From Nitrospinales bacterium (GTDB lineage: Bacteria; Nitrospinota; Nitrospinia; Nitrospinales; VA-1), in the NCBI GenBank assembly GCA_965223795.1, contig CBDCXL010000002.1:2528001-2592000 (forward strand): a stretch of DNA of 64,000 bases, in the 5' to 3' direction. The position numbers and the translations under genes are program-made. The first letter of the stretch is position 1, and each line of letters starts with the position of its first letter. Below, in pieces: positions 9,655 through 18,572 of the stretch. Below the pieces are notes generated by a model. It did no database searches. It saw only the letters and a program-made list of their open reading frames with translations, and had not been told where the DNA came from.

Positions 9655-10452
9655 TCAGCGCTTTTTTTCCGGCAGGCCGCGCCCGGTCACCCAGTAGCGG
9701 CCGGCGTTTTTCTGCAGGCGGATGGGGCAGTCCAGCGCTTCTGAGAGCGTCTTTTCGGTGAGCAGGGCGGCCTTTGCCCCCTGCGCGAACAGGGCGCCCT
9801 GCTTGAGATAGAGCAGGTGCGTGACGCAGGGCATGATCTCATCGACGTGGTGGGTGACGTACAGGATGCGGGTTCGCGTGCCCGATAGCTTTTCCAGCGT
9901 GTCGAGGAACAGCTCGCGCGTCGGGATGTCCAGCCCGTTGCACGGCTCATCGAGGATCAAGAGCCGCGGCTCGTTGATGAGCGCCCGCGCCAGCAGGACG
10001 CGCCGCTTCTCCCCGTAGGACAGGCGGCGAAACACATTTCGCGCCAGGGCGCTGATGCCGAGAAAATCCATCCATTCGAGCGCCCGGGCTTTCTGCTGGC
10101 GGGAGACGGGTTCGTAGAGGCCGACCGAGGAAAACAATCCGGAGGCCACCACCTCCCAGCCGGTGAGGTGGTCGGCGTGTTTTTCCTGGTACTCGGCGGA
10201 GATGTAGCCCATCTCAGCGCGGATTTCCTCGAGCGGGGTCAGCGCGGGCCGGCCGAACCAGCGCACGCCGCCGCCGTAGACGGGCAATAGCTCTCCGAAC
10301 ACGAGCCGGGTGAAGGTGGTCTTGCCGGAACCGTTGTTGCCCACGAGCGCCCAGTTTTCGTTTTCGCGCTGGGTCCAGTCGATGCCGGTCAGGGCGCGGT
10401 GGCCGTTGACGTGCACGGTGGCTCTGCGGATTTCAACCAGCGGTGCGTCCAT
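9655..10452 (-). CDS. ABC transporter ATP-binding protein (ModF/YlmA-like)
   Basis: Walker A GNNGSGKT, signature LSYGE, Walker B LILDEP, VTHH. Confidence 0.9.
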   Translation of the reverse strand: MDAPLVEIRRATVHVNGHRALTGIDWTQRENENWALVGNNGSGKTTFTRLVFGELLPVYGGGVRWFGRPALTPLEEIRAEMGYISAEYQEKHADHLTGWEVVASGLFSSVGLYEPVSRQQKARALEWMDFLGISALARNVFRRLSYGEKRRVLLARALINEPRLLILDEPCNGLDIPTRELFLDTLEKLSGTRTRILYVTHHVDEIMPCVTHLLYLKQGALFAQGAKAALLTEKTLSEALDCPIRLQKNAGRYWVTGRGLPEKKR

Positions 10453-10459
10453 GATCCGG

Positions 10460-11113
10460 TCACTGGATGGCGATTTTCCTGGCGGCGGGGGCGGGCAGGG
10501 CGCCGGCGTTGCCCGCGATCAGTTCGGCCACAGGTATGCCGTCGTAGTACTGGATGATGTTGAGGGTGCCGTATTCCTGCTGGATGCGGAACAGGTTCTT
10601 GACGGGAATGCCGAGGATGTACGCCAGGATGACGCGGTTGACGCCGCCGTGGGCGACGATGACGATCTGGCCGTCTTTGTGGCGGGCGACGATGTCTTCG
10701 TATCTGGGGATCACCCGTTCACTGAGCTGGAAGAAATTTTCTCCGCCTTCGACGGAAAACGCGGCGATGTTTTTCAGCCGTTCCGCCAGTTGACCGGGAT
10801 ACTTTTCGTTGACTTCCTCGACGCTCATGCCTTCCCAGGCGCCGAAGCACAGCTCGCGGAGTTCGGGGTACGCGGCCGGTGTGAGGCCGTGGGGTTTGGC
10901 GATCAGCTCCGCGCCGATGCGGGTGCGCTTGAGATCGCTGGAATAGACGGAATGGATGGGCAGCGCGCGAAACCGCTCCGCCAGCCGCTCGAACTGGGCG
11001 CGGCCCTCCGGTGAGAGATCGACATCGTGGTGGCCGTTGAAGCACACCTTGCCGGCGTTGTCGGTCTCGCCGTGGCGGAACAGGTAGATCCTCAGGCCGG
11101 GTTTGCCTTGCAT
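10460..11113 (-). CDS. Histidine phosphatase (phosphoglycerate mutase/CobC-like) family
   Basis: RHGET, SSDL.R, E..FG.WEG, AHGGVNR. Confidence 0.9.
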   Translation of the reverse strand: MQGKPGLRIYLFRHGETDNAGKVCFNGHHDVDLSPEGRAQFERLAERFRALPIHSVYSSDLKRTRIGAELIAKPHGLTPAAYPELRELCFGAWEGMSVEEVNEKYPGQLAERLKNIAAFSVEGGENFFQLSERVIPRYEDIVARHKDGQIVIVAHGGVNRVILAYILGIPVKNLFRIQQEYGTLNIIQYYDGIPVAELIAGNAGALPAPAARKIAIQ

Positions 11114-11157
11114 GGGAGTTGTGTTGTCAAAGTGCGGGTTGTGGGCGTGGAGAACCC

Positions 11158-11192
11158 AAAAAAAATGACAGGCCCCGGAAAGGGCCTGTCAT
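11158..11192 (-). terminator. Rho-independent terminator after the small-ORF pair
   Basis: Stem ATGACAGGCCC/GGGCCTGTCAT followed by a T run on the minus strand. Confidence 0.85.
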
Positions 11193-11216
11193 CTTGGAAT
11201 CGCATTTTAAAACCGC

Positions 11217-11396
11217 TCAGTGACCGCCTCCGCCGCCGCCACTGGTCCAGAGATAGAAGAAATCCAATCCCTGTACTTTCATCAGGCCGATGTTGATCAG
11301 CAGGTAGTAGAAAGAGCAGGCGATCATCGCGATGATGAACCAGATGATCGATTTTGCTGTGATAAAAGGTTTCTGGTCGTCTCTAATTTCGTTCAT
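11217..11396 (-). CDS. Small membrane protein, 59 aa (not in ORF track)
   Basis: MNEIRDDQKPFITAKSIIWFIIAMIACSFYYLLINIGLMKVQGLDFFYLWTSGGGGGGH; GGAG/AGGA upstream; terminator directly downstream. Confidence 0.75.
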   Translation of the reverse strand: MNEIRDDQKPFITAKSIIWFIIAMIACSFYYLLINIGLMKVQGLDFFYLWTSGGGGGGH

Positions 11397-11449
11397 GGTC
11401 CTAGCTTTCTCCTGTCGGGTTTATCTTGAATGGGTTCAGGCACCGCCGA

Positions 11450-11554
11450 TCAACGCCACACAGACGCGAACCAGTAGAAAAACCACAATGAGAAGATGAC
11501 GGTTGCGATGTAAATCCAGGGGCCTGCTTTTTCCTTAAGCTTTTGAATGTCCAT
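11450..11554 (-). CDS. Small single-TM protein, 34 aa (not in ORF track)
   Basis: MDIQKLKEKAGPWIYIATVIFSLWFFYWFASVWR; GGAGG about 9 nt before the ATG. Confidence 0.7.
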   Translation of the reverse strand: MDIQKLKEKAGPWIYIATVIFSLWFFYWFASVWR

Positions 11555-11596
11555 TAAAGTAACGCCTCCGAAAATATAAGCGATTCCAGTTTATTC

Positions 11597-11626
11597 TTGA
11601 CAGTTTCAAATTCCGAATGATACTTT
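11597..11626 (+). promoter_or_regulatory. Sigma-70-type promoter for the 35-aa ORF
   Basis: TTGACA, 18-nt spacer, extended -10 TGnTACTTT. Confidence 0.6.
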
Positions 11627-11663
11627 CAACCGGTTAAAACTGTTAACCACACAAGAGGTTGGA

Positions 11664-11771
11664 ATGGCCAGCAAGGACGGAAAAATCTTCGATACCATCG
11701 TTTACATTGGCCTCGGGGTCAATGGTTTGACCGCGTTGTATCTGCTGCTCATGTATTTTGATATTATCTAA
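11664..11771 (+). CDS. Small single-TM protein, 35 aa (not in ORF track)
   Basis: MASKDGKIFDTIVYIGLGVNGLTALYLLLMYFDII; GAGG upstream and its own promoter. Confidence 0.65.
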   Translation: MASKDGKIFDTIVYIGLGVNGLTALYLLLMYFDII

Positions 11772-11885
11772 ACCCCCGAAACTTAACACAGGGGTTTTAA
11801 AAGTGTCAAGAGGAAAACCCCCCTTGTTTTTAGAAATATAAGCCCTCCGAACAACCTTGATGAAAGCCGGTCCGGTGTGCCCGGT

Positions 11886-12593
11886 TCACTTCGGGTAGAT
11901 CACGTAGAGCATCAGGTACGTCGCCGTGCTGGTCACCAGCAGCAGGGCGAAAATGACCATGGTGCCCCGCCCCAGGATGCGGTGCCTTCGGGCACCGTCC
12001 GGCAGCCATTTCTCGATTCCCTTTTCCAGAGACACCACGCCTGCGATGGTGAGAAATATCAGCGCGTACGCGATGCTGGAAGCCATGGAGATGTTGCGCA
12101 CCACGCTCTGCAGTATCTGGTTGAGGAGCCACAGCCCGGCGATCACCAGCATCACCTTTTTAAAGGTCTCCGGCCGCATTTTGAGGTTTCCGGCTTTCAG
12201 GTGGTACTCCCCGTCGACCGTGGCGCTGGCGCGGTAGCCCTGCACCATCATGTACACGGCCATGATGAGGCCCAGCACCACCAGAACGAGGTGGGTCGTC
12301 AATATCGGAATGAAGACGTCCTGGTACACTTCCTCCGGCCCTCCGAAGCCTTCTTCGCCTTCCAGAGTCAGCACGCCTAAATTGCGCGCGTAGTAGTAGG
12401 CGACGAAGTAGATCACCATCGAGACCATCGAGACCCCGACCAGCTTGTGGTGCCTGGTGCCCTGGGCTTTTTTCGCCAGTCCCCAGGCGATGAGAAACAG
12501 CACGGTGAACACCACCGCCAGCAGGTAGCTGAGGTCCGCGCCCAGGGTGCCGGCGCTGGTGATGAATCCTGGTTTTTCGAGTATTTCTTTCAT
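11886..12593 (-). CDS. DUF420 family membrane protein
   Basis: GTLGAD, multiple TMs, H...M..S, G.EGFGGP..VY..VF.PIL..H, RHR.LGR, S..TY.MLY. Confidence 0.8.
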   Translation of the reverse strand: MKEILEKPGFITSAGTLGADLSYLLAVVFTVLFLIAWGLAKKAQGTRHHKLVGVSMVSMVIYFVAYYYARNLGVLTLEGEEGFGGPEEVYQDVFIPILTTHLVLVVLGLIMAVYMMVQGYRASATVDGEYHLKAGNLKMRPETFKKVMLVIAGLWLLNQILQSVVRNISMASSIAYALIFLTIAGVVSLEKGIEKWLPDGARRHRILGRGTMVIFALLLVTSTATYLMLYVIYPK

Positions 12594-12657
12594 GATATGG
12601 ATTTACCGGTGGTCAGAGCGGCTGAGCCGGGGTGCGGCGTCACGGCCTCCAGCGCGT

Positions 12658-12837
12658 TCATCCTCCGGCCTTTTTCAAAATGAAGGTGCCCGCATAAAAC
12701 TCCACGATCCCCGCGATGGTGGCGTAGAGCAGCGGTTCCATGCCCATCTGGGTGAAGAACATGTACACCACGATGGTGAGCGTGGCGAGCCCCACCAGCT
12801 GCAGGGCGCGTCCCAGAAAATACATGATCTGCCGCAT
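12658..12837 (-). CDS. Small two-TM protein, 59 aa (not in ORF track)
   Basis: MRQIMYFLGRALQLVGLATLTIVVYMFFTQMGMEPLLYATIAGIVEFYAGTFILKKAGG; starts 7 nt after the upstream stop; host codon usage. Confidence 0.78.
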   Translation of the reverse strand: MRQIMYFLGRALQLVGLATLTIVVYMFFTQMGMEPLLYATIAGIVEFYAGTFILKKAGG

Positions 12838-12844
12838 GGAGGGA

Positions 12845-13429
12845 TCAGTTCCCCAGAATGGTCCGGACCTGTTTGTTGGCTTCGATCAGTTGATCGATGT
12901 TTTTCCGGCCGTACTCGTGAATTTTTTCGCGCACCATGGACAGCACGATCTTCCCCTGCGGCGTGAAGGCGCTGGGCGCGTTGGGGATGCTGTCCAGCTT
13001 GCCGCTCTGGGACAGCTCCTGGAACCTGCGGGTGACTTCTTCGTTGTCGAACAGATTGTCTAAAGAGTAGCGGTAGCCGAGCTTGACGTAGTCCCGTTCC
13101 TTTTCGGTTTCTTTTTTGGAGTCCCACACGATGTTTTCGATTTCGAAGGTGTCGGGCTTGTGCTCGCCCTGGCTGAGCAGCTTTTTGATCTCCTCGAAGT
13201 AGGTGTTCATCTGGCTGTCGTCCTGGATCTCATCTTCCGGAACCTTCGAGCTGATCTCGAACTCGATCTGGTTGTCCTTCAAGGAGGGGCGGCTGATCTC
13301 GTAGGTGATGTTGCCGTGGTTGAACCTGCGGCCCTTTTTGGGTTTGAACTTGCCCTGCATCTCCTTGAGCAGTTCGTTGAGGCCTTCGCCGGCAAACTGG
13401 CTGAATAGAAGTCCCTTTAGACTCGACAT
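12845..13429 (-). CDS. Hypothetical soluble protein (194 aa)
   Basis: GGAGG RBS, strong host codon bias; no recognised family. Confidence 0.85.
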   Translation of the reverse strand: MSSLKGLLFSQFAGEGLNELLKEMQGKFKPKKGRRFNHGNITYEISRPSLKDNQIEFEISSKVPEDEIQDDSQMNTYFEEIKKLLSQGEHKPDTFEIENIVWDSKKETEKERDYVKLGYRYSLDNLFDNEEVTRRFQELSQSGKLDSIPNAPSAFTPQGKIVLSMVREKIHEYGRKNIDQLIEANKQVRTILGN

Positions 13430-13686
13430 GAAATGTCCTCCAAAATTGCGAATGGCTGCGTTCCCCGGTGTCGGCCGGGAAGCGGAACTGGGAAAAGCTG
13501 TGAATAAAATAACATTCTCTGACCGGATAAAAAACGCCTATGTGCAGGCCGCCGGCAAAAAAACGCCGTCCGGCTTGCTGTCTGCGTGCCGGACGCAGCC
13601 GGGGCCGTTCCTTCGCCCGTTTGGGGACGAAGCAGGACACGGCCATGCGGTCTCCGGGATTCCGGCCGGGGGCGCTGTGGTGGCGG

Positions 13687-14490
13687 TCAGAAACCGGCCG
13701 TTTCGGGCGGATTCGAAGCGAGGGAAGGGGAGTTGAACGCGCCGCCGGTCTTCACGAACCGGGGCGAACCGTCCTGCTGATAGCTGAACCGCATCTTGAT
13801 GCAGCCGGTTTCCTTGTTGTCGCAGTAGAAACTCAAAAACTGCACTTTGGCGTATTTGTTGTCCGCGGTGCGCACGGCGTAGACGTTCTTTTTCGCCGTG
13901 AGCTTGTGGGTGAGGTAATTGTACTTGTACCATTTCAGCAGGACCGGGTTTTCCGTTTCGGTCTTGGTTGCGATGTCCGGGATGTAGGGCTCGGTGGGCA
14001 CTTCGGCGATCTCTTCGAATTTGCCGGACTTGAGATCGATGAGTCCCGCCTTGCCGATTTTGTTGGTGGCGCCGCCGTTGGAGATCACCTTGCCGCGGCG
14101 GAATGCCAGATCCCATTCCAGGGACGTCGGGTCGTGGATCTTGACCACCGAACCGCGCGAGAAATCGAAATAGGTCCAGTCCTTCTCGGACGACGCGTTG
14201 ACGGTCACGTACTGCGTGTCCAGCAGGTTCGCCGGTTTCTGGGCGATGGGCGGATTGTTCGGCTTGACGGCTTCGCCTTTCTGCGGCAGGTTCACGCTCG
14301 GCGAATTCCAGAAGTCCTCCATCTGGATCAGTTTCGCCGGCAGCCAGAAAATGCCGATCAGAAGCAGCGACAGGCAGAGATTGAGCAGAAACAGATTGCG
14401 CCACATTTTGCGCTTCTTGTCGATATTCTGCGGCGCCTGCTGCCCGGGAGAAGAGAACGGATGTTGGTTGGTGTCTATATTTTCATTCAT
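13687..14490 (-). CDS. HmuY family heme-binding protein with N-terminal membrane anchor
   Basis: V.AS....W.YFDF, WDLAF.R..V.SNGG.T, WY.Y...TH, VY.VRTAD.KYAKVQF..FY. Confidence 0.85.
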   Translation of the reverse strand: MNENIDTNQHPFSSPGQQAPQNIDKKRKMWRNLFLLNLCLSLLLIGIFWLPAKLIQMEDFWNSPSVNLPQKGEAVKPNNPPIAQKPANLLDTQYVTVNASSEKDWTYFDFSRGSVVKIHDPTSLEWDLAFRRGKVISNGGATNKIGKAGLIDLKSGKFEEIAEVPTEPYIPDIATKTETENPVLLKWYKYNYLTHKLTAKKNVYAVRTADNKYAKVQFLSFYCDNKETGCIKMRFSYQQDGSPRFVKTGGAFNSPSLASNPPETAGF

Positions 14491-14568
14491 GGCGATCGAG
14501 TTTGAGCGGTCGTCTGTGAGTTGCATTAGGTTTCAGGCCCCCTATTGTACCGCGTCCGGGGCCTGTGC

Positions 14569-15492
14569 TCACGGATTTTTGGAGATTTTTTGTTCGGCGC
14601 CGGAGATTTTGCGGAACTCCCGCAGCACGTTTTTCATGGCCGAGCGGGAGAGTTCCTCCTTGTTCAGCCAGTGGGTCTGCCCGCCGGCGAAGAAATTCCG
14701 CAGGTTGGGCGTCTGGGAGCCGACGAAACGGGCGCCCCAGATCACCTCTCCGGTGGTCTTGCTGACCAGAAAGGCGCCGAATTCGACGCCGCTGGAAAGG
14801 CTTTCCTTGAGCTTGCCGCGGTTGTCGATGTAATGGTCCATGTACTTGGTCACTGCCCCGATGAGCACCGCGTCCACGTGTTCGTCGGCGTAGGGCAGCT
14901 CCGTCAGCAGCACCTCTTTCTTCGGCATTCCGGAGGACGGGGCGGGGCGGCTCTTGGTGATCTTCAGGCGGGCGTCCTCCCGGCCCTTGGCCGGCGGGAT
15001 GACGCGGAACTGGCCGTAGCGCTGCAATTCCTGAAACACCTGGCTTGCGACCACGTATCCGGCGTTCTCGTCCTTGAACAGGCCTGTGGTTTTGTTTTCA
15101 AAACCGGCGACGCCGATATTTCGGGTCTTGACGAACGCCTGCTGGTTGAATATTTTGCTCTGGACTTTGTCCACCGGCGGCAGGGACAACAATTCCCTGT
15201 AATATTTAGGGAAATCCTCGCCACGGGCGAAGTTTTTTATATAATCGGGAAAAGGATGCGGCTCGTTGATTTCCGGCGTCAGGTTGGGAAACAGCGATTT
15301 GTGAGGCGGCCGCTTGGTGTCGTTCAACGGATTGTAGCCCAGCGTTTCGTCGGTGTCCGAATCGTTGAACTGCTGGAACGCGTCTCCGATGGGAGTCGCC
15401 TGGACGGCGCCGGGCCATGTGGAAACGAGGGCCAGGGCGGCGAAAGCCGAAAATCCCATACACAGGGCCCACTGATGCGGTCTGTTGAACAC
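14569..15492 (-). CDS. Exported hypothetical protein, possible CsgG/TolB-N-like alpha/beta domain
   Basis: Signal peptide; IGV..FEN, F.V, VDAVLIG.V, LVS..TGEVIW pattern. Confidence 0.6.
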   Translation of the reverse strand: MFNRPHQWALCMGFSAFAALALVSTWPGAVQATPIGDAFQQFNDSDTDETLGYNPLNDTKRPPHKSLFPNLTPEINEPHPFPDYIKNFARGEDFPKYYRELLSLPPVDKVQSKIFNQQAFVKTRNIGVAGFENKTTGLFKDENAGYVVASQVFQELQRYGQFRVIPPAKGREDARLKITKSRPAPSSGMPKKEVLLTELPYADEHVDAVLIGAVTKYMDHYIDNRGKLKESLSSGVEFGAFLVSKTTGEVIWGARFVGSQTPNLRNFFAGGQTHWLNKEELSRSAMKNVLREFRKISGAEQKISKNP

Positions 15493-15810
15493 GAGTCTGC
15501 CTCCCCCTGATGGTGTGGACGGTGATTTTACAATCCCGATAATTCCAATATAGCACAGGCCCTATTGAATTCAACCGGGTTTGCGTGGACGGCGCGCGGC
15601 TTCGATGGCCCGTACGGGGCGGTTTCGCCGTTGGACGCCGAATGGCCTGAAAACGATTGAAAATCCGGACTTTTCTTTTTCATTGGCCGATTCCGCATGG
15701 CGGGTTCGGCCGCAGGGCGAAATCAAAGACCCGCAGCCGGCCCGTTCCGGATGGTTCAGTCGGGTCCGGCCTGCGTCCCTTGCAACCCTTTTTCTGATTA
15801 GGCGGCGACG

Positions 15811-17811
15811 ATGAATCCTTCCGGCAACCGGGCTTTCGACTGGGTGTCCGCCGGGTCCACGCCCTGGATCCTGGCGCTCCTGACCCTCACGGCGCTGGCG
15901 TTTTTCGCCGCGGCGCTGCTGCCCAAACTGAAAGTGCTGCTGAAAGCGGAGAAAGAGAACCGCTTCGATAAGCCGCTGCAGCGGATTGGGCACACGTTCA
16001 AGATCGCCTTTCTGCAGACCAAGCTGTTCAAGCACCAGCCGGCGGGGTGGATGCACGCCCTCATATTCTGGGGGTTTCTGGTCCTGCTGCTCAGGGCGTC
16101 GCATTTTTTCGTGATCGGCTTTTTTCCCGGCCTGCCGATCCCGCTGCCGGGGTTCGAGGCGGTGCACAATCTCTACATGCTGATCAAGGACGGGTTCGTG
16201 CTGCTGGTGCTGCTGGCGGCCACCTATGCGCTGTTCCGGCGGCTCATCCTGCGGCCGCCGCGGCTCACCCTGTCCGGCGAGGGAAACCTCATCCTGGTGC
16301 TGATCCTGATCATCATGGTCACGGACGTGGTGTTCGAAGCGGCGTATTTCGCCAAACACCCGGAAGCCGCCTCGATGTGGGAACCGCTGGGACTGGCGTT
16401 CGCGCCGCTGCTGGCGGCGGTTCCGGAGGGGGCGCGGGTGTTTCTGCACAACGGCGCTTACTGGGGTCATGTGGTGAGCATCCTGTTCTTTCTCACGCTG
16501 CTGCCGCGCAGCAAGCATTTTCACATCCTCACCTCCATCCCCAACGTGTTTTTCTCGCACGTGACGGGACGCGGCAACCAGATCGCACGCATCGATTTTG
16601 AAGACGAGAGCAAGGAGAGCTTTGGCGTCACGCGGATCCTGGATTTTTCCTGGAAGCAGCTTCTCGATCTGCACACCTGCACCGAATGCGGCCGCTGCGA
16701 TCTTGTGTGCCCGGCGCTCTCCAGCGGCAAACCGCTTTCGCCGAAAGAGCTGACGGTGGACCTCAGAAATCACCTGAACCGGGAGAGCGCGGGCCCCGAA
16801 AACATGGAGGGCGGCGCGCTGTTGGGAGGCGTGATCCAGGATGAGACGCTGTGGTCCTGCACCACCTGCGGCGCCTGCGAGGAGGAGTGCCCGGTGATGA
16901 TCGAGTACGTGAACAAGGTGGTGGACCTGAGGCGCGGCCTGGTGCTGAGCGAGGACCGTTATCCCGCCGAGTTCACGCGCGCGTTCAAATCGCTGGAGAC
17001 CAACAGCAACCCCTGGGGTTTCGGCAGAAACACCCGCGCGGACTGGGCGAAGGACCTCGACGTCAAAATCTGGGACAAGGCCAAGCCCACCGAGTACCTG
17101 TATTTCGTCGGCTGCAACGGCTCCTTCGACAACCGCGGCAAGCGGATCGCCGTGTCCGTGGTTCAGGCGCTCCAAAAAGCGGGCGTGGATTTTTCCATAC
17201 TGGGCATGGACGAAGGCTGCACGGGCGATCCGGCCCGGCGCGCGGGCAACGAGTACCTGTTCGAGATGCTGGCGACGCAGAACGCGGAAACTTTCAAGGC
17301 CCAGGGCGTGCGCAGGGTGATCACGCACTGCCCGCACTGCTTCAACTCGCTGCTCAACGAGTATCCCGACTTCGGCGTCGATCTGGAAGTGATCCATCAC
17401 AGCGAGCTGCTTGAGACCCTGATGCGCGAAGGCAAGATTGCGGCGGACGCGAAGGAAGCGGGGACGGTGGTGTACCACGACTCCTGCTATCTGGGCCGCC
17501 ACAACCAGCAATACGATCCGCCGCGCGGCGTGCTCGCGCAGGCGGCGGACGCGGATGCGCTCAAGGAAGTGGAAGCGAGCCGCGAGCGCGGCAGCTGCTG
17601 CGGCGCGGGCGGCGCACGCTTTCTGCTGGAAGAGAAAACCGGCACGCGCATGAGCCACAACCGCATCGACGAGCTGATGGCCGCCCAGCCGGACACCATC
17701 GCCGTGTCCTGCCCCTACTGCGTCCTCATGCTGGAGGACGGGCTCAAGGGAAAGGGATTGCAGGACAAAGTGAAGGTGAAGGACATCGGCGAGATCGTCG
17801 GCGGCACGTGA
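15811..17811 (+). CDS. Membrane-bound Fe-S oxidoreductase (heterodisulfide reductase/FadF-like: TM domain, 2x[4Fe-4S], 2 CCG domains)
   Basis: CTECGRC...CP and CTTCGAC...CP ferredoxin motifs; FVGC, CTGD, CPHC, YHDSCYLGR, CCGAGG, CPYC. Confidence 0.92.
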   Translation: MNPSGNRAFDWVSAGSTPWILALLTLTALAFFAAALLPKLKVLLKAEKENRFDKPLQRIGHTFKIAFLQTKLFKHQPAGWMHALIFWGFLVLLLRASHFFVIGFFPGLPIPLPGFEAVHNLYMLIKDGFVLLVLLAATYALFRRLILRPPRLTLSGEGNLILVLILIIMVTDVVFEAAYFAKHPEAASMWEPLGLAFAPLLAAVPEGARVFLHNGAYWGHVVSILFFLTLLPRSKHFHILTSIPNVFFSHVTGRGNQIARIDFEDESKESFGVTRILDFSWKQLLDLHTCTECGRCDLVCPALSSGKPLSPKELTVDLRNHLNRESAGPENMEGGALLGGVIQDETLWSCTTCGACEEECPVMIEYVNKVVDLRRGLVLSEDRYPAEFTRAFKSLETNSNPWGFGRNTRADWAKDLDVKIWDKAKPTEYLYFVGCNGSFDNRGKRIAVSVVQALQKAGVDFSILGMDEGCTGDPARRAGNEYLFEMLATQNAETFKAQGVRRVITHCPHCFNSLLNEYPDFGVDLEVIHHSELLETLMREGKIAADAKEAGTVVYHDSCYLGRHNQQYDPPRGVLAQAADADALKEVEASRERGSCCGAGGARFLLEEKTGTRMSHNRIDELMAAQPDTIAVSCPYCVLMLEDGLKGKGLQDKVKVKDIGEIVGGT

Positions 17812-17827
17812 CGCCGGGAAAAAACTT

Positions 17828-18137
17828 TAGACAGGATGGACAGGATAAAAGCGAAGATGAAGGCTGAATAAAAAAGCAAAGACTAGAAAAGGAGTCTCGC
17901 GCTAAGACGCAAAGCCGCAAAGGAAAAAACTATTAAATAGTTCCTCTCCCCTGGAGGGAGAGGATTAAGGTGAGGGGGGAAAATAAAATAATAGAACAGG
18001 AAGAACAGGATAAAGTCAAAAAACTGTCATGCTGAGCTTGTCGAAGCATGACCCTGTCGCCCTTCGACAAGCTCAGGGTGACAGGATGGAAGAAAAACCA
18101 TTAAAAACCAGTCTCGCGCCAAGCCGCCAAGCCGCAA
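17828..18137 (+). repeat. Composite stack of six short repeat elements of four families (A-B-C-A-D-B)
   Basis: A 17828-17849 TAGACAGGATGGACAGGATAAA; B 17895-17922; C 17942-17978 TCCTCTCCCCTGGAGGGAGAGGATTAAGGTGAGGGG; A 17992-18014; D 18024-18084 23-bp inverted repeat; B 18111-18137; A-rich spacers. Confidence 0.88.
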
Positions 18138-18572
18138 TGAAAACCGATTCCTGATTTAATTTTCCTTCCCTTCAGTTGTATTCGTTCAGGCATTGCGATG
18201 CATTCATTGGCTCGTGCTTCAGCGTGTTGCCCCCTCCTGCCGTTTTATCCGTTTTCCAAACTCGCCACTTCGGGCATGCGATTCTGTAAGGTTTTTCCTT
18301 CCAGTGACACTGTGCCCTGACTCCGAGTGTCCGTTCTGAACAGGACTCAATTAATTTTCAGGGATTTTCGCTGCCCGCGGGTCAGGGACGGGTGTGAAAA
18401 TTTTTGAAAAAACGGGCGTTTTTAAAATTACCGCGATCCGGGGATAGTGCTTGGGGATTGGCTCCTATATCACTACGGAGCTTTGTTATAATGGCGCTTC
18501 ACGTTTGGCCATGCTGCATCGCGCATCCCCCCGGACTGAACCGGTTGCGAACCTTGTTAGCGTTGGGCTCAA

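Noticed and set aside
15571..17658. Long antisense ORFs (695 aa here; also 47243-49828, 44419-45912, 49986-51422, 3810-5168, 22598-23851)
   Set aside because: Shadow frames opposite well-supported genes in GC-rich DNA, with no motifs
17828..18137. CRISPR array or integron attC array
   Set aside because: Elements differ from each other in sequence and length, spacing is irregular, and there are no cas or intI genes or clear RYYYAAC/GTTRRRY ends
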